59,947 nucleotides of DNA, taken from the NCBI GenBank assembly GCA_000004985.1, contig GG738937.1; one strand, 5' to 3'. Shown piece by piece: positions 1-11,026 of this stretch. Made by a program: the position numbers and the translations under genes. The stretch's first letter is position 1. Every line of letters begins with the position of its first letter. This DNA is from Naegleria gruberi. Its lineage: Eukaryota. Below the pieces are notes generated by a model that saw only the letters and a program-made list of their open reading frames with translations, searched no databases and had not been told where the DNA came from.

Positions 1-928
1 TAAAGATGTTGCGTTGTACAGTCCTCTCTATCTGGAACGAAATGTGTGATAATTGCCATGTTACAACTCATGTTGATGTTGGATGCATTCAACACATCTT
101 GAATACATGTAAATATGAATGCATGTAAACATGAACATGAGAAATATTAAGGACACATTCATTATAATTGCTCATGCTAGTAATCAAGGGGGAGCAAAAT
201 CTCAAAGACATGAGTTGGTAGTATTATTAATCAAACATCTTTCCACATCACTGACATTGTGCTCAATGCGACTTGAATCTCGGACAACATTCTAACATCT
301 GGTCCAAGAACCTCAACAAGCCAACACATCATGATTCTTAACAAGTTTAATACCGAGAGGAGGACAACATTTAAATTTTCTCAAGTCCCTATTTGGTTTC
401 GTAGGAGTGACATATCTCTGATACTGGTGCCCACCACTCACTGTAATAGGCATATCCGTATTGATCGGAATTTCACACAGAGATATTGGCAGTATTTGCC
501 CTGTCTCATTGTCAACTATCGTAGTTTTTTATATCGTGTGCATGTCATTGGTAATATGAATGTGGGAGAATTACATGTGTTATTTGTGGGATAATCATCC
601 CCAAGTTTCACACAAAATCATATACCAATAGAATGTTTCAAAATAGTTGGAATTATTGAAGGAATGAAAGATGATTTGATTGTAATTTTAAAGCAAATTA
701 AATGCTTTTGGAAACTGAAATAGAAATTTCGTTACGTTAATGAAATATAATAATTATTAATATTGAATTCATGTCAGCTAATTTTTATTCTTTTTTTATC
801 CTCTTATGGAGCCATGCAAGATGCAGTGAAATCAAGTTGCAAGGTAAAAAATGTCAAAAGCCAAAATTAATTAAGGAAGAAGGTTTAAAGGAGAATGAAA
901 AAGATGTTTAAGTCTGAACGGGAATAAA

Positions 929-1049
929 AAAGACTACAGCACCACATGTTCCCAAGTTGTCTCCAACCTCAGTACTGATGTGGCTCGACGATGCTTAACT
1001 TCTCAAATCGGACGGGATGAGGTGCGTTCATCGTGATATGGTCGTAGCC
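929..1049 (-). rRNA. 5S ribosomal RNA, full-length copy A (about 121 nt)
   Basis: The reverse complement reads GGCTACGACCATATCACGATGAACGCACCTCATCCCGTCCGATTTGAGAAGTTAAGCATCGTCGAGCCACATCAGTACTGAGGTTGGAGACAACTTGGGAACATGTGGTGCTGTAGTCTTT. It carries the universal 5S blocks CCCGTCCGAT, GAAGTTAAGC, GTACTGAGGTTGGAGAC and GGTGCTGTAG. The 5' end GGCTACGA pairs with the 3' end CTGTAGTC to form helix I. A T-run follows the 3' end. Confidence 0.85.
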
Positions 1050-1080
1050 ATTCAATCCCTTAATCTTTCACTCTTCAATT
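1050..1080 (-). promoter_or_regulatory. Conserved 5S upstream element shared by copies A and B
   Basis: The 30 bp immediately 5' of the 5S start (plus strand ttcaatcccttaatctttcactcttcaa) are nearly identical to 13002-13029 upstream of copy B. Flanks diverge beyond that point. The element is absent upstream of copy C. Confidence 0.3.
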
Positions 1081-2607
1081 AATAATTTGAATGACACCAG
1101 ATTCACTTTTCAACAATAAATTTAGGCAAATAAATCAGCGGATGCAAATTGAAATAGTTCCATATCTTTCTCACTTAATGTCATGAATATTCCTTATTTG
1201 ATCTCATTTTAGTGNNNNNNNNNNNNNNNNNNNNNNNNNNNNNNNNNNNNNNNNNNNNNNNNNNNNNNNNNNNNNNNNNNNNNNNNNNNNNNNNNNNNNN
1301 NNNNNNNNNNNNNNNNNNNNNNNNNNNNNNNNNNNNNNNNNNNNNNNNNNNNNNNNNNNNNNNNNNNNNNNNNNNNNNNNNNNNNNNNNNNNNNNNNNNN
1401 NNNNNNNNNNNNNNNNNNNNNNNNNNNNNNNNNNNNNNNNNNNNNNNNNNNNNNNNNNNNNNNNNNNNNNNNNNNNNNNNNNNNNNNNNNNNNNNNNNNN
1501 NNNNNNNNNNNNNNNNNNNNNNNNNNNNNNNNNNNNNNNNNNNNNNNNNNNNNNNNNNNNNNNNNNNNNNNNNNNNNNNNNNNNNNNNNNNNNNNNNNNN
1601 NNNNNNNNNNNNNNNNNNNNNNNNNNNNNNNNNNNNNNNNNNNNNNNNNNNNNNNNNNNNNNNNNNNNNNNNNNNNNNNNNNNNNNNNNNNNNNNNNNNN
1701 NNNNNNNNNNNNNNNNNNNNNNNNNNNNNNNNNNNNNNNNNNNNNNNNNNNNNNNNNNNNNNNNNNNNNNNNNNNNNNNNNNNNNNNNNNNNNNNNNNNN
1801 NNNNNNNNNNNNNNNNNNNNNNNNNNNNNNNNNNNNNNNNNNNNNNNNNNNNNNNNNNNNNNNNNNNNNNNNNNNNNNNNNNNNNNNNNNNNNNNNNNNN
1901 NNNNNNNNNNNNNNNNNNNNNNNNNNNNNNNNNNNNNNNNNNNNNNNNNNNNNNNNNNNNNNNNNNNNNNNNNNNNNNNNNNNNNNNNNNNNNNNNNNNN
2001 NNNNNNNNNNNNNNNNNNNNNNNNNNNNNNNNNNNNNNNNNNNNNNNNNNNNNNNNNNNNNNNNNNNNNNNNNNNNNNNNNNNNNNNNNNNNNNNNNNNN
2101 NNNNNNNNNNNNNNNNNNNNNNNNNNNNNNNNNNNNNNNNNNNNNNNNNNNNNNNNNNNNNNNNNNNNNNNNNNNNNNNNNNNNNNNNNNNNNNNNNNNN
2201 NNNNNNNNNNNNNNNNNNNNNNNNNNNNNNNNNNNNNNNNNNNNNNNNNNNNNNNNNNNNNNNNNNNNNNNNNNNNNNNNNNNNNNNNNNNNNNNNNNNN
2301 NNNNNNNNNNNNNNNNNNNNNNNNNNNNNNNNNNNNNNNNNNNNNNNNNNNNNNNNNNNNNNNNNNNNNNNNNNNNNNNNNNNNNNNNNNNNNNNNNNNN
2401 NNNNNNNNNNNNNNNNNNNNNNNNNNNNNNNNNNNNNNNNNNNNNNNNNNNNNNNNNNNNNNNNNNNNNNNNNNNNNNNNNNNNNNNNNNNNNNNNNNNN
2501 NNNNNNNNNNNNNNNNNNNNNNNNNNNNNNNNNNNNNNNNNNNNNNNNNNNNNNNNNNNNNNNNNNNNNNNNNNNNNNNNNNNNNNNNNNNNNNNNNNNN
2601 NNNNNNN

Positions 2608-2758
2608 CTTCAATTTTGTATACTTGATCACAATTCGAATTGATGAGACGAAACCTTGCTCTTTCCCTTGCAGATAAATTTAATAAAACATTAGAAACCA
2701 CTTCCGGTAAATTAAAAACAGAATAAATCTGCTTCTCTCCATCATCCTCTAATGACAT
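2608..2758 (-). CDS. F-box-like protein, N-terminal part; the rest is in the gap
   Basis: ATG at 2758. Translation MSLEDDGEKQIYSVFNLPEVVSNVLLNLSARERARFRLINSNCDQVYKIE shows the LPxE..L..L..R.i F-box pattern. The ORF stays open into the N-run. Confidence 0.45.
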
Positions 2759-2835
2759 TTTTTTATCCAAATTGTGACCAAGAATACAAAACACAAATAT
2801 TCGAAACTAAACTATTTATTCTTTGCATCATTGAT

Positions 2836-3234
2836 TTACAAATCTCTAACAAAAATTCTCTCAACCAACTTTCTTCCATTAAGAGTTGAACAAAATTGCA
2901 CAACATCATAATTACGTTGTTCAGCCAACTTGAATCCCTTATCACTCAACAATTGGAATAAAGTCCAAGAACCATTTGTCATAATTCCCTTAAGTTTGGA
3001 GACAACTTGTCCATTCTTATTGAAAATTCTCTCAATTCCAGCGTACAAATCTAAATTGGCGCCACTGGTTGGAATTCTGGCAATTCTTTCGCCGGCTGTG
3101 GTTCCTGTTGGATATTCGATTCCAAAAACATATTCGAAAACAGAGTCGCTGCACTTGAATTGAGACCAGATTTCATTGCTGCCGTCATCTTGTTCGACAC
3201 ATTTTTCGAGGACAATGAGGAATTGTTGTGGCAT
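2836..3234 (-). CDS. Hypothetical protein, 132 aa
   Basis: Complete ATG-to-TAA ORF with coding-like composition and no frame breaks. No domain recognised by eye. Its stop lies 77 bp upstream of the next same-strand start codon. Confidence 0.5.
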   Translation of the reverse strand: MPQQFLIVLEKCVEQDDGSNEIWSQFKCSDSVFEYVFGIEYPTGTTAGERIARIPTSGANLDLYAGIERIFNKNGQVVSKLKGIMTNGSWTLFQLLSDKGFKLAEQRNYDVVQFCSTLNGRKLVERIFVRDL

Positions 3235-3846
3235 CTTTTTATGATTGATTGGTTTTTGTTTTTTTTTGTTGTGAAATTTTGTGAGATTTTGCAGCAGTTT
3301 TTATTCGAAAGTTGGATGGACACGAGAATGGCGCAGTGGAAAGTTCACCAGAGCTGCATATTGTAATGGATAGAATGTTGCAGAACAAGGACAAACGCTG
3401 GAACTATCGTTGTCCATGACACTTCAATCTCATACCTTGATGTAAGGTTTTGGACAATTGACAGAATAAATTTGGATATGATTGGCCGCAAATTAGATAA
3501 ATGGTAGGTATGTCACTCACTTTTGTAAATTGTATTATACTGTTGTAATTGTACTACAATTATTTGGACACATGTCAGAAAATCGTAGTGGGTGCCATCA
3601 TTACAATGAAACTGACTCTTCTCTTATTTGACATATGGTTTGTTCAGCAACACCTCTTCACATAAATTTATTTCAATCAGTTCAACTGAAATATCTCTAG
3701 GAATATAAAATTGAACATTGAATATGACCGTAATCCACACATCAAAATACGATAAAACCTGAAAATGCAGATTAGATTGGTGGATGCTTTTCCACACAAT
3801 TTCAGGATCCAACAAGGAGTTTCAACCGGAGTTCACAATAAAAAAA

Positions 3847-4437
3847 ATGTCAGCATCAGATACTTCCCTGCATCGTGCCAACAGCAACAACAAAGTCACA
3901 CTAAACGTTGCCATTTGTCAATGCGATATAAAATTCAAACAAATAGACATTAACAAGGAACACATTTCACACATGCTTTCTCCACTCGATTCGAAATTAA
4001 TTGATTTTCTCGTCTTTCCGGAAATGACACTCTCTGGCTATGTTTTCAAAGATAGGGAGGATATCTTTCCATTCTGTGAGAGATCTGGTCCTGGTGGAGA
4101 GTATTTNNNNNNNNNNNNNNNNNNNNNNNNNNNNNNNNNNNNNNNNNNNNNNNNNNAGGAAATTGGATCTGATGTATTGGTATTCATGTGTAATTGGTTT
4201 TCAACTGATTGTCTCGAGTATTGGTTGGATAGATTACAACCCATGATTTCTACCAAAGAGCAATTTCCATATTTTGTGGCTTGTAATCGAATTGGAAATG
4301 AATGTGGAATTGATTTTTGTGGAATGAGTTGTGTTTATAATNTGAGTCATGAAATGCAACCAAGTAATGCTTTGGTAACTAGTTTACCACAATCAGAGGA
4401 AGCTGTCAAGCTTGTTAGCATTGCCTTGAATTTGTAA
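3847..4437 (+). CDS. Carbon-nitrogen hydrolase family protein, Nta1-like amidase
   Basis: ATG at 3847. LNVAICQCDIKFKQIDINKEHISHML...IDFLVFPEMTLSGYVFKDREDIFPFCE matches the N-terminal signature of the nitrilase/CN-hydrolase superfamily (Q...N / FPE..L.GY). A 50-nt internal N-run (4107-4156) and one N at 4342 interrupt it. Confidence 0.55.
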   Translation: MSASDTSLHRANSNNKVTLNVAICQCDIKFKQIDINKEHISHMLSPLDSKLIDFLVFPEMTLSGYVFKDREDIFPFCERSGPGGEYXXXXXXXXXXXXXXXXXXEIGSDVLVFMCNWFSTDCLEYWLDRLQPMISTKEQFPYFVACNRIGNECGIDFCGMSCVYNXSHEMQPSNALVTSLPQSEEAVKLVSIALNL

Positions 4438-4504
4438 TCTCAATAGAGATGAAATAAATTAGAAATAAATAAATTCATGATGAATACTGTTATTTCCGAA
4501 AAAA

Positions 4505-5533
4505 ATGTATCCAATGCTTTCATCATCAAGCAGAACACCTATTGATGGTCGCCAATTTATTAAGTTATTAAAAACTAATACCAACGAAAATAAGGGAGAA
4601 TTAGAAACCTTTTTTCCATTAAGCGAATTAGAAAAATCCAAGATTGAAACGCTCATCAATTTGGACAATATCGAATCAGCCATTGTTTCTACGAGCTCTG
4701 TTCTTTGTACGTATCCAAATCCTTTGTCTATGGATGTTATAGATAAAATCACAATGGCCATTACTTCCAATGCTTTCTTTCACAATGAGAAGGATACTGG
4801 TGGTAAAAAGTCTTCAGAGTTTTTCAAGGAATGGACTAATTTCGTTTCAAATCTCAACAAGTTCAAGATGAATCATCCCAGTTCCTCAGTTTTTTACACT
4901 ATTTCTCGTTTATATGAAGAGACGACATCTTCCAACACTGGTTTCCCTTCACTCACCCAAGAGTTTTTTCTGGCAGCTCTTCATTGCAATATTTATTTCT
5001 TTGAAAACTACCTTCAACCCCAATCTGCACATATTCCTGCTCTACTCTACAAATTAGTTATGTTAGCAAGGGCATATCGGCCCTCAATATGTGCTGAATC
5101 CCAAATGACAACCATTCTGGAACATGCTTTTAAAATGTTTAGATATGTTTACTGGAAGCACAATGCTAATATCACGTTCGTTTCAGCATTTGACGAAAGG
5201 GATGCTACAATTCAATTTCCATTGGCAGAGTTCACTGATTGCTGTATTCACGTTGTAGAAACATCAGATTCTTTGGAATTTGTAAAACAAACTCTTTCCA
5301 CAGCAATAGAACTACTAAATGAAGTGAAAGACAGAATATCCCACAACCAAGTCATTTTCCACTCAACCTGCCTATGCAAATGTTATAGTGCATGCCTAGA
5401 ACATTTAAGAACTACTGAATCACCTCAAAATGTTTCCATCTGGGAGATTAATCAAAAAAAGTTGCGTTCTGAAATTAATAACGAATTGTTTTCTCAAACA
5501 ATGAACACAAATATTGATGAAGATTTAACATGA
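4505..5533 (+). CDS. Hypothetical protein, 342 aa
   Basis: Uninterrupted ATG-to-TGA ORF. It starts 67 bp after the previous stop. No recognisable domain. Confidence 0.5.
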   Translation: MYPMLSSSSRTPIDGRQFIKLLKTNTNENKGELETFFPLSELEKSKIETLINLDNIESAIVSTSSVLCTYPNPLSMDVIDKITMAITSNAFFHNEKDTGGKKSSEFFKEWTNFVSNLNKFKMNHPSSSVFYTISRLYEETTSSNTGFPSLTQEFFLAALHCNIYFFENYLQPQSAHIPALLYKLVMLARAYRPSICAESQMTTILEHAFKMFRYVYWKHNANITFVSAFDERDATIQFPLAEFTDCCIHVVETSDSLEFVKQTLSTAIELLNEVKDRISHNQVIFHSTCLCKCYSACLEHLRTTESPQNVSIWEINQKKLRSEINNELFSQTMNTNIDEDLT

Positions 5534-7770
5534 TCCTTTACAAAATAAAAGAGCGGAAGCAAATGATTATTAAGGAAGAAGAGCATTGATTTTGGATTTG
5601 TATTGTTTCGATAGATTGAAGAATTTGTCAATTCAATTAATGGATCAGTTTTCAGTCGTTGGAGTTGGTGTATGCATACTATGTTTCAGAAGGATTTATT
5701 CTATCATTCTCAGTTGCCATTTCGTTTGAGAGAAATGAAACTTGTTGACTTGTGTGAACTCCTCACCAGAAGATATCCATTTAATACTTGAAGGAAACGG
5801 TATGAATCCTCAGCATTTACGATTGTAGTATTGTTGTCATTGTGATTTTAAAAGGAGAAAGAAAAATGAAACTTTCTAACAAATTGATGCAAGAAATTGA
5901 TTCTTTGATTGAAANNNNNNNNNNNNNNNNNNNNNNNNNNNNNNNNNNNNNNNNNNNNNNNNNNNNNNNNNNNNNNNNNNNNNNNNNNNNNNNNNNNNNN
6001 NNNNNNNNNNNNNNNNNNNNNNNNNNNNNNNNNNNNNNNNNNNNNNNNNNNNNNNNNNNNNNNNNNNNNNNNNNNNNNNNNNNNNNNNNNNNNNNNNNNN
6101 NNNNNNNNNNNNNNNNNNNNNNNNNNNNNNNNNNNNNNNNNNNNNNNNNNNNNNNNNNNNNNNNNNNNNNNNNNNNNNNNNNNNNNNNNNNNNNNNNNNN
6201 NNNNNNNNNNNNNNNNNNNNNNNNNNNNNNNNNNNNNNNNNNNNNNNNNNNNNNNNNNNNNNNNNNNNNNNNNNNNNNNNNNNNNNNNNNNNNNNNNNNN
6301 NNNNNNNNNNNNNNNNNNNNNNNNNNNNNNNNNNNNNNNNNNNNNNNNNNNNNNNNNNNNNNNNNNNNNNNNNNNNNNNNNNNNNNNNNNNNNNNNNNNN
6401 NNNNNNNNNNNNNNNNNNNNNNNNNNNNNNNNNNNNNNNNNNNNNNNNNNNNNNNNNNNNNNNNNNNNNNNNNNNNNNNNNNNNNNNNNNNNNNNNNNNN
6501 NNNNNNNNNNNNNNNNNNNNNNNNNNNNNNNNNNNNNNNNNNNNNNNNNNNNNNNNNNNNNNNNNNNNNNNNNNNNNNNNNNNNNNNNNNNNNNNNNNNN
6601 NNNNNNNNNNNNNNNNNNNNNNNNNNNNNNNNNNNNNNNNNNNNNNNNNNNNNNNNNNNNNNNNNNNNNNNNNNNNNNNNNNNNNNNNNNNNNNNNNNNN
6701 NNNNNNNNNNNNNNNNNNNNNNNNNNNNNNNNNNNNNNNNNNNNNNNNNNNNNNNNNNNNNNNNNNNNNNNNNNNNNNNNNNNNNNNNNNNNNNNNNNNN
6801 NNNNNNNNNNNNNNNNNNNNNNNNNNNNNNNNNNNNNNNNNNNNNNNNNNNNNNNNNNNNNNNNNNNNNNNNNNNNNNNNNNNNNNNNNNNNNNNNNNNN
6901 NNNNNNNNNNNNNNNNNNNNNNNNNNNNNNNNNNNNNNNNNNNNNNNNNNNNNNNNNNNNNNNNNNNNNNNNNNNNNNNNNNNNNNNNNNNNNNNNNNNN
7001 NNNNNNNNNNNNNNNNNNNNNNNNNNNNNNNNNNNNNNNNNNNNNNNNNNNNNNNNNNNNNNNNNNNNNNNNNNNNNNNNNNNNNNNNNNNNNNNNNNNN
7101 NNNNNNNNNNNNNNNNNNNNNNNNNNNNNNNNNNNNNNNNNNNNNNNNNNNNNNNNNNNNNNNNNNNNNNNNNNNNNNNNNNNNNNNNNNNNNNNNNNNN
7201 NNNNNNNNNNNNNNNNNNNNNNNNNNNNNNNNNNNNNNNNNNNNNNNNNNNNNNNNNNNNNNNNNNNNNNNNNNNNNNNNNNNNNNNNNNNNNNNNNNNN
7301 NNNNNNNNNNNNNNNNNNNNNNNNNNNNNNNNNNNNNNNNNNNNNNNNNNNNNNNNNNNNNNNNNNNNNNNNNNNNNNNNNNNNNNNNNNNNNNNNNNNN
7401 NNNNNNNNNNNNNNNNNNNNNNNNNNNNNNNNNNNNNNNNNNNNNNNNNNNNNNNNNNNNNNNNNNNNNNNNNNNNNNNNNNNNNNNNNNNNNNNNNNNN
7501 NNNNNNNNNNNNNNNNNNNNNNNNNNNNNNNNNNNNNNNNNNNNNNNNNNNNNNNNNNNNNNNNNNNNNNNNNNNNNNNNNNNNNNNNNNNNNNNNNNNN
7601 NNNNNNNNNNNNNNNNNNNNNNNNNNNNNNNNNNNNNNNNNNNNNNNNNNNNNNNNNNNNNNNNNNNNNNNNNNNNNNNNNNNNNNNNNNNNNNNNNNNN
7701 NNNNNNNNNNNNNNNNNNNNNNNNNNNNNNNNNNNNNNNNNNNNNNNNNNNNNNNNNNNNNNNNNNNNNN

Positions 7771-7852
7771 GCTCATAATTCTTGCTGTCAGCACAAGCAG
7801 TTAAAATAATAGCCATCGTTGTAGAGTCGGGTGAAATATTTAGATGTTGCAT
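7771..7852 (-). pseudogene. Continuation of the PPR-like repeat ORF in a shifted frame (MQHLNISPDSTTMAIILTACADSKNYE...), running into the gap
   Basis: Same repeat peptide as the upstream ORF but in the +1 frame. Open to the gap edge. See the frameshift finding. Confidence 0.4.
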
Positions 7853-8700
7853 TTCAGCAAGTATTTCTATTGCTCCATTTAAATCACCTTTTCCAATATA
7901 GGATTGAATTAAACAGTTGTGATGATGTGGTATCTAATCTATCTTTTGAAACACTCTCAAATAATTCAATGGCCTTATCAAATTTTTCACATTTGTTATA
8001 GAAATTAATCATTGAGGTTATCGAATGATTATTTGATGTCTTGTTCTCTCCAATTATATTTAACACCTTCAATCCTTGTTCATAATTCTTGCTGTCAGCA
8101 CAAGCAGTTAAAATAATTGTCAATGTGGCCGAGTCGGGTGAAATATTTAGATGTTGCATTTCAGCTAGTATCTCTATTGCTCCATTTAAATCACCTTTTC
8201 CAATATAGGATTGAATTACACAATTATATGATGTGGTATCTACTCTATCTTTTGTAACGCTCTCAAATAATTCAATGGCCTTATCAAATTTTTCACATTT
8301 GTTATAGAAATTAATCATTGCATTCAACATCCTAATAGTGATGTGCTTGATTTTGTTCTTAAGCGAAAGTACTTTCAACCCTTGTTCGTAATTCTTACTG
8401 TCAGCACAAGCAGTTAAAATAATTGTAAATGTGGCCGAGTCGGGTGAAATATTTTGCTGTTGCATTTCAGCAAGCATCTCTATTGCTCTATTTAAATCAC
8501 TTTTTCCAATATAGGATTGAATTAAACAATTATATGAAGTTGTATCCAATCCATCACTGCTAACGTTTCTAGTAATTTCAATTGCCTTATCATAGTCTTC
8601 ACATTTGTTATAAAAATTCACCATTGTGGTTAATAGCACTTTGTTGGTAGTTTTGGAATGTTCAATCATTGAGCAAATCATTCTACTTTCTTTTTGTTTG
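7771..8700. repeat. Tandem repeat of about 306-308 bp encoding a three-helix-hairpin PPR-like module (about 102 aa)
   Basis: The string (c/t)ataattcttgctgtcagcacaagcagttaaaataat recurs at about 7774, 8081 and 8387. Units are more than 90 percent identical. The array abuts the 5915-7770 gap and very likely continues into it. Confidence 0.8.
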
Positions 8701-9251
8701 TTTTTCTTTAAAGAGAAAGTCAATGAGGAAATAAACAGATTATCAAAAATTTTGATTTTTTGAGCATTCATTTCATGTAATAATGTCATCCCCTCTTCAA
8801 AATTATATTTAAACAAACACTGTGCATAGTAATTGTAGGCGTATAAACTGACTTGTTTTCTTTCAAGTAAAACAGAAAATATATGTTTGGCAATATCCAA
8901 TTCAAAATCATTCGGATAACTTGAGAGAACTTTTAAGATTTGATCCAATCTAAAACTCTTCAGAGAAGCAAGTGATGAATTTCCAAGTTTTCTAACAAGA
9001 GTTACAACCTCATCATAGCCTTCTTCTTGCACTAATGTAGAAATGGCAATATCAATGGTTCTAATAGTGGCAGAGCCTTCATCAAAATGATGAATAATAT
9101 TTTTCAATTCATCAATATATTTCCTTCTTTCCACTTCCGATCGTTTATGCTTAGAGCACAAAGTAATCATAAGGGTTGCAAGACTCATTGATTTTGTGTT
9201 CGTATTCGCATACAGACTTGCGCATTCTTCAAAGGTTAAATGTGGTTTCAT
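7884..9251 (-). CDS. Pentatricopeptide (PPR)-like helical-repeat protein
   Basis: First in-frame ATG at 9251; a TAA lies upstream in frame at 9363-9365. Repeated units such as SYNCLIQSYIGKSDLNRAIEMLAEMQQQNISPDSATFTIILTACADSKNYEQGLKVL fit the PPR consensus (t.YN.lI..y.k.g....A..l...M...g..Pd..T..iil.ac). The ORF ends DTTSSQLFNSILYWKR where the repeat frame is lost. Confidence 0.65.
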   Translation of the reverse strand: MKPHLTFEECASLYANTNTKSMSLATLMITLCSKHKRSEVERRKYIDELKNIIHHFDEGSATIRTIDIAISTLVQEEGYDEVVTLVRKLGNSSLASLKSFRLDQILKVLSSYPNDFELDIAKHIFSVLLERKQVSLYAYNYYAQCLFKYNFEEGMTLLHEMNAQKIKIFDNLFISSLTFSLKKNKQKESRMICSMIEHSKTTNKVLLTTMVNFYNKCEDYDKAIEITRNVSSDGLDTTSYNCLIQSYIGKSDLNRAIEMLAEMQQQNISPDSATFTIILTACADSKNYEQGLKVLSLKNKIKHITIRMLNAMINFYNKCEKFDKAIELFESVTKDRVDTTSYNCVIQSYIGKGDLNGAIEILAEMQHLNISPDSATLTIILTACADSKNYEQGLKVLNIIGENKTSNNHSITSMINFYNKCEKFDKAIELFESVSKDRLDTTSSQLFNSILYWKR

Positions 9252-9279
9252 TATTTCTCTGAACACTTTTTCTGCCGAA

Positions 9280-9615
9280 TTAAAGAAAGGTCGGATAGTA
9301 GAAGAAAGTGCCGAACAGTGGCAGAGCGAATGGAAAAGAGAGGTCGCATTTTTTTTGAGAGTTTAATTTGTTTGCTGATTTGAGGAATCTCCCCTTAATC
9401 AAAATCTCAGCTGATGAAAAAAAGACCAGAACCTTATGACCAATATAATGATGATAGCAACAATTTGAATTAGATGAAGAATTAACTTGAATGGTATCAT
9501 TCAGAGAGAAGGATAATTCACCATGTCTTTGATAAGGGGGAATTAAGAGCTCCAATCTGTAAATATTAATCCCTCCTCTGCCATTCGTTTCCGAAATTGC
9601 ATCACAAGTTTCCAA
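9280..9615 (-). CDS. Small hypothetical ORF, 111 aa
   Basis: ATG-initiated ORF directly upstream of the PPR gene. Possible SH3-like segment (GELSFSLNDTIQV). Weak evidence. Confidence 0.2.
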   Translation of the reverse strand: METCDAISETNGRGGINIYRLELLIPPYQRHGELSFSLNDTIQVNSSSNSNCCYHHYIGHKVLVFFSSAEILIKGRFLKSANKLNSQKKCDLSFPFALPLFGTFFYYPTFL

Positions 9616-10009
9616 TTATTTGAATTATCACCCCAATTTATGTGAGGAAAGCACTTCAAAAGAGAATTCAGGTGGATGGAAATCATTGTGGTGATTTTTC
9701 ACTTGTCAATGCCACCGACATTATGACAAAACCATTCTCTTCTAATTACAAAGCTTTCCTAGACTAGGTGATTACGATGAAGGAGAATTTATTTAATGAT
9801 TGGGAAGATAGAATATTTGGAAAAGAAGAATAAAGTAAATTTCCTTACTGAAAATATAGGCTATTGTGCAGTGAATTTAGGAAGAGTCAGACCATAACCA
9901 AATTCTATTTTACGAATTGCAAAACCTTAAGCTTTTTAAACTTTCATATGTAAAAAAATGCCAAACAAGTTTACCGCCATTTTATCTAATTAATCCAAAA
10001 CTACAGAAA

Positions 10010-11026
10010 ATGAGTGAACAATATGTTACCATTACAGAGGAGAACGGAAATGAAGCGCTTGTTTCATTGACAGAAGCAATAGATAAATTGCCAACCCACT
10101 TGTCGTTTTTTATACATATTCCTCGGGAAACACAGGTTAAGAGAAATATTAGAGCACTAGCTGTGCATGCGGATGTTTATGGTGAGGTGTCGAGAATTTA
10201 TTGTTCACCACCATCAGCTGAAATACAAGGTGATTCTTCTTTTATCAAAGTAGTATGCTTTTCAAGGAGCAGGAGAAAGATTAAAACCTTTTTAATGTTG
10301 TTGTATAATAGCTGGATAGCTGATTACCCCATTGAATTCTGTGTCAAAGAACCTGCAACCTTTGGCCATCACAGATTTAACATTGTCAAAGAAAGCAGAC
10401 AGGATAATTCTGTCACATTAACAGAAGATATAATTACTATACCAAGTATTGAACAGAGCCATTCCTGTAATGATAAACCTCTTTCGTTTTATAAAAGAAC
10501 TTGGGGTGGTAAGGGCAATATTTCAAGGCATTCATCTTGGGAAGCCATTAAAAGATATACTTCAAATGTTGAAGCACTACTAGACTATCTTTCAGAACCA
10601 CTAACCTCCTCTTCAGAGGGTCTTTCTGAATCAAGCAAAGAATTTAAATATACAAAAACGAAACAAAAACGAAAAGAGCGTGCCCAAAACAACACATCGA
10701 TAAGGGTTGCAAATATTGAGTCAAAATTACAATTAATGAAATTACAATTAGAAGAACAAACAAAAATTGAGGGGACTTTGCAAAAGGCAACAGGTTTTTT
10801 AGAAATTTCTGAATTCAAACTTGATAAAAGCAAACCAAAATCGTGGAGAAGGGAACAAATGAGAATGGTTTTGATAGACTATGATGTAGGAGTTGGGATC
10901 AATGAGGAAGACCTTCAGTCAAAAATAGTTAGTGGATTTGATTTGGAAAATGTTGTGGATACCTTAATATTCTTTAAAGGAGAAAAAGAAGAAAAAATTG
11001 AACATGCATGTACAAGGAATCGATAG
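10010..11026 (+). CDS. Hypothetical protein, 338 aa
   Basis: First in-frame ATG at 10010 (MSEQYVTITEENG...). No frame breaks. Lys/Glu-rich coiled-coil-like C-terminal half. No domain recognised. Confidence 0.5.
   Translation: MSEQYVTITEENGNEALVSLTEAIDKLPTHLSFFIHIPRETQVKRNIRALAVHADVYGEVSRIYCSPPSAEIQGDSSFIKVVCFSRSRRKIKTFLMLLYNSWIADYPIEFCVKEPATFGHHRFNIVKESRQDNSVTLTEDIITIPSIEQSHSCNDKPLSFYKRTWGGKGNISRHSSWEAIKRYTSNVEALLDYLSEPLTSSSEGLSESSKEFKYTKTKQKRKERAQNNTSIRVANIESKLQLMKLQLEEQTKIEGTLQKATGFLEISEFKLDKSKPKSWRREQMRMVLIDYDVGVGINEEDLQSKIVSGFDLENVVDTLIFFKGEKEEKIEHACTRNR

Noticed and set aside
2759-2835. Possibility that 2836-3234 and the F-box ORF starting at 2758 are one gene, or an operon-like pair
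   Set aside because: A TAA separates them. The only GT..AG candidate in the 77-bp spacer is about 28 bp, too short for an intron. I treat them as two tightly packed same-strand genes.
3081-3110. tRNA T-arm-like string ggatattcgattcc
   Set aside because: It lies inside a protein-coding ORF and lacks the rest of a cloverleaf. No tRNA could be supported by eye anywhere in the window.
5842-5914. ORF start MKLSNKLMQEIDSLIE running into the gap
   Set aside because: Only 24 codons are visible. It could be a plus-strand gene start or just the 3' flank of the minus-strand PPR gene. Insufficient evidence either way.
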